Of a stretch of 64,000 nt of DNA, positions 60,189 through 64,000 are shown one piece after another (the first letter of the stretch is position 1; each line of letters starts with the position of its first letter). The notes below the pieces were generated by a model, which saw only the letters and a program-made list of their open reading frames with translations, was not told where the DNA came from and searched no databases. The translations under genes were made by a program, and so were the position numbers. Source of the DNA: an uncultured Pseudobdellovibrionaceae bacterium (GTDB lineage Bacteria > Bdellovibrionota > Bdellovibrionia > Bdellovibrionales > UBA1609); contig CAWDNU010000002.1 in NCBI GenBank assembly GCA_963803705.1, forward strand, positions 160,753-224,752. The letters are read 5' to 3'.

Positions 60189-60449
60189 ATGTTCGAATTC
60201 ACTGATGCTCTTAGTAATATTGAAACCTATCAGGACAGCCAAGGCAAAATTCTTGTCGCGGCAAAGCCTCACATAAATAATATTTAACGCATTAATGTGT
60301 TTGAAATTAATCAAACTACTCATGAATATGAGTTGGCAGGTTCGATAAAGTTGAGCGGGGATATTGATACTACCCCGTATTTTTTCGAAGACTCTACTGG
60401 TAGAGTTTTTATCCACTTAGATCCAAATATGAAAAGTATTTTATTTTGA
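60189..60449 (+). pseudogene. Gene remnant, beta-propeller-like
   Basis: Frame with one internal TAA: TYQDSQGKILVAA..*RINVFEI..IDTTPYFFEDSTGRVFI (two similar blades). Confidence 0.35.
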
Positions 60450-60647
60450 TGGTCCAGTAGCTAGCTTTTAAAGACTCATTTTCATTATGACCCAGCTTGG
60501 CGACTGTTTTTTAGAGTTATTTCTTATAACCTTTGCCCTTTTTAGTTAGGTCTACTATTCTTTTTTTAAATTCAGTAGCTAATTTTAGAAATTTAAAGCC
60601 CTTACGGTAAGACTATAATTGCTGGGGCACAAATCAGGAGATCAATT

Positions 60648-62030
60648 ATGCAAGCTATGCCCGCGACATCAAATATGACGGCCAAAAAAATACAACTGGC
60701 AGATAAAATGGTAGATTTCCGAGTCTGTAAAGAAGCCATGGAAGACCCTAAAAAATTCGATGAGTTAGCTAGATGGGGCCGAGCTGAAATAGCTATTGCT
60801 GAAGGCGAAATGCCCGGCCTTATGGCTCTTCGCGCAGAGTATAAGGGCCAATTCCCGCTTAAAGGTGCACGTATTACGGGTTGTATTCATATGACAATTC
60901 AAACTGCTGTTTTAATAGAGACCTTGATCGATTTGGGCGCAAAAGTGCGCTGGAGCTCGTGTAATATATATTCTACGCAAGATCATGCGGCTGTAGCGAT
61001 GGTCGCTGCTGGTATTCCAGTCTACGCATGGAAAGGTGAAACTGAAGAAGAGTACAACTGGTGCGTAGAACAAACCATTACAGGCTGGGGTGATGAACCT
61101 GCAAATATGCTACTGGATGATGGTGGCGATTTAACGCAAATGATGCACGAGACGCGCTTTGCGGAGATCTTGCGAAATGTAAAAGGTGTAACTGAAGAGA
61201 CAACCACGGGTGTTCATCACCTTTATAAAATGCTTGAAAATGGAAATTTAAAAATACCAGCCATTAATGTCAATGATTCTGTCACTAAGTCTAAGTTTGA
61301 TAATCTTTATGGCTGCCGCGAATCTTTGGTAGATGCTTTGAAGCGTGCCACTGATGTGATGGTTGCTGGTAAAGTTGTGGTGGTTGCAGGATACGGCGAT
61401 GTTGGTAAAGGTTCAGTCGGTTCCCTGAAAGGGCTTGGCGCTAGAATTTTAGTGACTGAGGTCGATCCTATCTGTGCTCTTCAAGCTGCCATGGAAGGTT
61501 ACGAGGTGACAACCATGGACAAGGCGGCTTCTATGGCTGATATTTTTGTGACAGCAACAGGTTGTTGCGACATAATCACGAAAAAACATTTTGAAGCTAT
61601 GAAAGAAGGAGCAATCGTTTGCAATATTGGCCACTTCGATATTGAAATTGATATGAAATGGTTAAACGAAAATTCTAAAATGACTGAAATTAAGCCCCAA
61701 GTTGATCTTCATGAAATGAAAAGCGGTAAAAAAATTGTGGTTTTAGCTAAAGGCCGGCTTGTAAATTTAGGCTGTGCTACTGGCCACCCATCATTTGTAA
61801 TGAGCGCCTCATTCACAAATCAAGTTATGGCTCAAATTGAAGTTTTTCAAAATGAAGAAAAATATAAAAAGATAGACGTGTACCGCTTACCAAAAAACCT
61901 AGATGAAAAGGTCGCAGAGCTTCACTTAGAAAAAGTAGGCGCAAGCTTAACAAAGCTTACTGATAAACAATCAGACTACCTGAGTCTTGCAACAGAGGGA
62001 CCGTTTAAACCCGAGCATTACCGCTATTAG
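60648..62030 (+). CDS. ahcY: S-adenosylhomocysteine hydrolase
   Basis: [65 protein letters not shown]. Confidence 0.97.
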   Translation: MQAMPATSNMTAKKIQLADKMVDFRVCKEAMEDPKKFDELARWGRAEIAIAEGEMPGLMALRAEYKGQFPLKGARITGCIHMTIQTAVLIETLIDLGAKVRWSSCNIYSTQDHAAVAMVAAGIPVYAWKGETEEEYNWCVEQTITGWGDEPANMLLDDGGDLTQMMHETRFAEILRNVKGVTEETTTGVHHLYKMLENGNLKIPAINVNDSVTKSKFDNLYGCRESLVDALKRATDVMVAGKVVVVAGYGDVGKGSVGSLKGLGARILVTEVDPICALQAAMEGYEVTTMDKAASMADIFVTATGCCDIITKKHFEAMKEGAIVCNIGHFDIEIDMKWLNENSKMTEIKPQVDLHEMKSGKKIVVLAKGRLVNLGCATGHPSFVMSASFTNQVMAQIEVFQNEEKYKKIDVYRLPKNLDEKVAELHLEKVGASLTKLTDKQSDYLSLATEGPFKPEHYRY

Positions 62031-62352
62031 CGACAGGTACCAGTTTCCGAATGTTTGATGCGAACCGTCGTAGAGATAGAGTCTAAGATTTATCCGTTGA
62101 TCATTCGTAAATAGAATTTGTAATGTTTACCACCTAAAATTCTACCAAATTAATTTCCCACAAGCCCTTGGTTAAAGCTTATAAAATAGCCTTGTTTCGT
62201 GCTATCAAACTGCTTTGATAACCCAAGAATCCTCTTAAGATTACTAACGGTGAAGTTTAAATTTTTTCAAAAGTACCGAAAAGGATTGAGCGACCAAAAT
62301 TTTCTTGGTAACAAATTACACAATAACAATATAGTACAGGAGCCTAATAAGT

Positions 62353-62841
62353 ATGAAAATTTTGTTAATTACCATCTTTTTATTCGTTACACCATTGTTT
62401 GCCTATGCAAGTCTTAGTTTAGAATTAAAAAAAGAAATTGAAACCATTAATTATTTACAGAGAGAAATGATAAGTCTTAGGTTCAGACGTCTATATGCTG
62501 CAGAGTCTGCTAAAAATAAATCTTTAACTGCAACGTCCGAGAACGTTAAGATCGTCGCGGATAGTGCTGCAAAAGTAAATTTAGAAGCTGCTGAATACGC
62601 TCTTGAAGTTAGTCGCGCTTTGAATCAGCGAATAAGAGAAATTAACAAACAGCTAAAAGGTGACGGTTATACAGAGAACTGTTCTAACAGTTACGAAGTG
62701 TACGGGAGTGCGTCTAAATACCTCTTAGGTCTAAATTATGCGGGCGTAATCTCCAGAAAATCATTTAATTATATAGAAAGAATATATGGATTTTCAAACT
62801 CGGTAGCTTCATTACTTTGTAAGTCTGAAAATACTTATTGA
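62353..62841 (+). CDS. Exported hypothetical protein
   Basis: AGGAG RBS, signal ending AYA-S, helical, two Cys. Confidence 0.75.
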   Translation: MKILLITIFLFVTPLFAYASLSLELKKEIETINYLQREMISLRFRRLYAAESAKNKSLTATSENVKIVADSAAKVNLEAAEYALEVSRALNQRIREINKQLKGDGYTENCSNSYEVYGSASKYLLGLNYAGVISRKSFNYIERIYGFSNSVASLLCKSENTY

Positions 62842-63056
62842 ATAGAATAGACTATTGGATGATTTAAAATCTTTTTTAACCAGTGCTATTTTTTGTTGTG
62901 AACAACATCTTTTTTAAAATCTACAAATTTTAAACAGGTTTTAAATTCATTTATGCATACTCTGATATCGTCCACTTTATGGTGAACATTTTTCTTTTTC
63001 ATTTCAATGTTGTGGACCCAAAAAGGTGTTTTCCAGGATTTTAATCTATCAGAAAT

Positions 63057-63533
63057 TTAAAAATTCCTGGTTTCTCTAAAATAAATTGCCACATTTTGAC
63101 TATCACTATACAAAATCAAAATTTGTCTACCTAGCTCGTATGCTAGCTCTAATTCAAAGGCATCACTTAAAAAAATGTTTTCGGGAAATTCGAAAACATC
63201 GGCACCACAAAACTGATTAGCAAAAGAGTAAACATCAATAACTAAACCAAAATTAAACCAGTTAATATCAGCATCAAACCAGTTGCAGTTTTTCCTACCA
63301 GAAATAGATTCTGCAAAAACATCAAATGATAGCTCTAAATTTATGGGGTCTACTTGATAAAAATTTCCTGATCCAATTCCTATTTCAACTTCAGTAACCG
63401 CAAAATTTCTGCCTGCTAGATCATCGCCATAATAGCCATCACCCTCATAAATATAATTAAGTCCAATATTGGGATTTCCGCAGGCATTTAAACCTAAACT
63501 CGCTAGTATCAGTAAGAAAGTTATAATCTTCAT
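63057..63533 (-). CDS. Lipoprotein, META-domain-like
   Basis: GGAGG RBS, lipobox LNAC, ISGRKNCNWF and a second Cys. Confidence 0.65.
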   Translation of the reverse strand: MKIITFLLILASLGLNACGNPNIGLNYIYEGDGYYGDDLAGRNFAVTEVEIGIGSGNFYQVDPINLELSFDVFAESISGRKNCNWFDADINWFNFGLVIDVYSFANQFCGADVFEFPENIFLSDAFELELAYELGRQILILYSDSQNVAIYFRETRNF

Positions 63534-63772
63534 GATATTCCTCCGTGTGATATACAATAAGTAAACACATGAAATTCATTAAAGTTTCGCTCTTACGCAG
63601 GCCCTATAAAAATAGAGCCTGCTAACGAACTTGGTGACATATAGAAATCACCATTAAGCAAGTTATATAAGTAAGATAAATCTGTGGTATTTTGTAAAAA
63701 CTAGAACGAGATAGGTAGCAAAAGTGGCAAAAGCGCGTGTGTTAAGTCGCTGCTTGTTCAGTAACAGAGAAT

Positions 63773-64000
63773 TCACTTTTTATCATAGGAAACATCTTTG
63801 TTGAAATCCACGAATTGTAAATAAGTTTTAAATTCGTTAATACTTTCCCGAATATCATCTACGGCGCGGTGAACGTTTTTCTTTTTCATTTCAATATTAT
63901 GTACCCAAAAAGGTATTTTCCAAGAGGTAACGTCTAACATTCTATAATGCAAAACGTCTTTTAATTTTGGCATGTGAAAGTCAATAAATAGCTTGTCTTG
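63773..64000 (-). CDS. orn: Oligoribonuclease, C-terminal part (5' end beyond the window)
   Basis: QDKLFI..HMP, HYRMLDVTS, HRAVDDIRESI. Confidence 0.9.
   Translation of the reverse strand, partial: QDKLFIDFHMPKLKDVLHYRMLDVTSWKIPFWVHNIEMKKKNVHRAVDDIRESINEFKTYLQFVDFNKDVSYDKK

Noticed and set aside
60074..60647. SAH or SAM riboswitch upstream of ahcY
   Set aside because: No recognisable conserved riboswitch core; the region is AT-rich and partly a gene remnant

Overview
AT-rich bacterial chromosomal segment. Gene style (long FadE, EVE protein, SWIB protein, many small signal-peptide orphans, candidate sigma54/sigma28 promoters) suggests a Bdellovibrionota-like organism; this is inference, not a database result. 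Most of the window is housekeeping: hisC-cmk-rpsA, HIT hydrolase, rhomboid, MFS, fadE, cti, ctaA, FKBP, pdxH, NfuA-like, ETF-QO, RluA-family, YhdH/AcuI, two PTPS/QueD paralogues, acnA, purEK, two Dus, fumC, bolA, ettA, map, an OmpA-domain protein, ahcY and orn. Two zones (1-3557 and about 55150-56560) have frameshifts in normally intact genes and look like read/assembly indels. Accessory material: a roughly 12.4-17.5 kb island (167-bp direct repeats, BspA/DUF285 lipoprotein, TolC and IS256 remnants), a 183-bp MITE in two copies plus a 60-bp derivative, a 36-bp tandem repeat resembling spacer-less CRISPR repeats beside a toxin-like remnant, a 13-bp tandem array and tandem M43 metalloproteases. 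The most unusual gene (43045-47055) encodes a signal-peptide-bearing fusion of two Clp-type AAA+ modules with an FtsH-type M41 peptidase. It shares a short Cys-x-x-x-Leu tag with other exported orphans that have toxin-like folds, hinting at a set of exported effectors. No rRNA, tRNA or cas genes were recognised.
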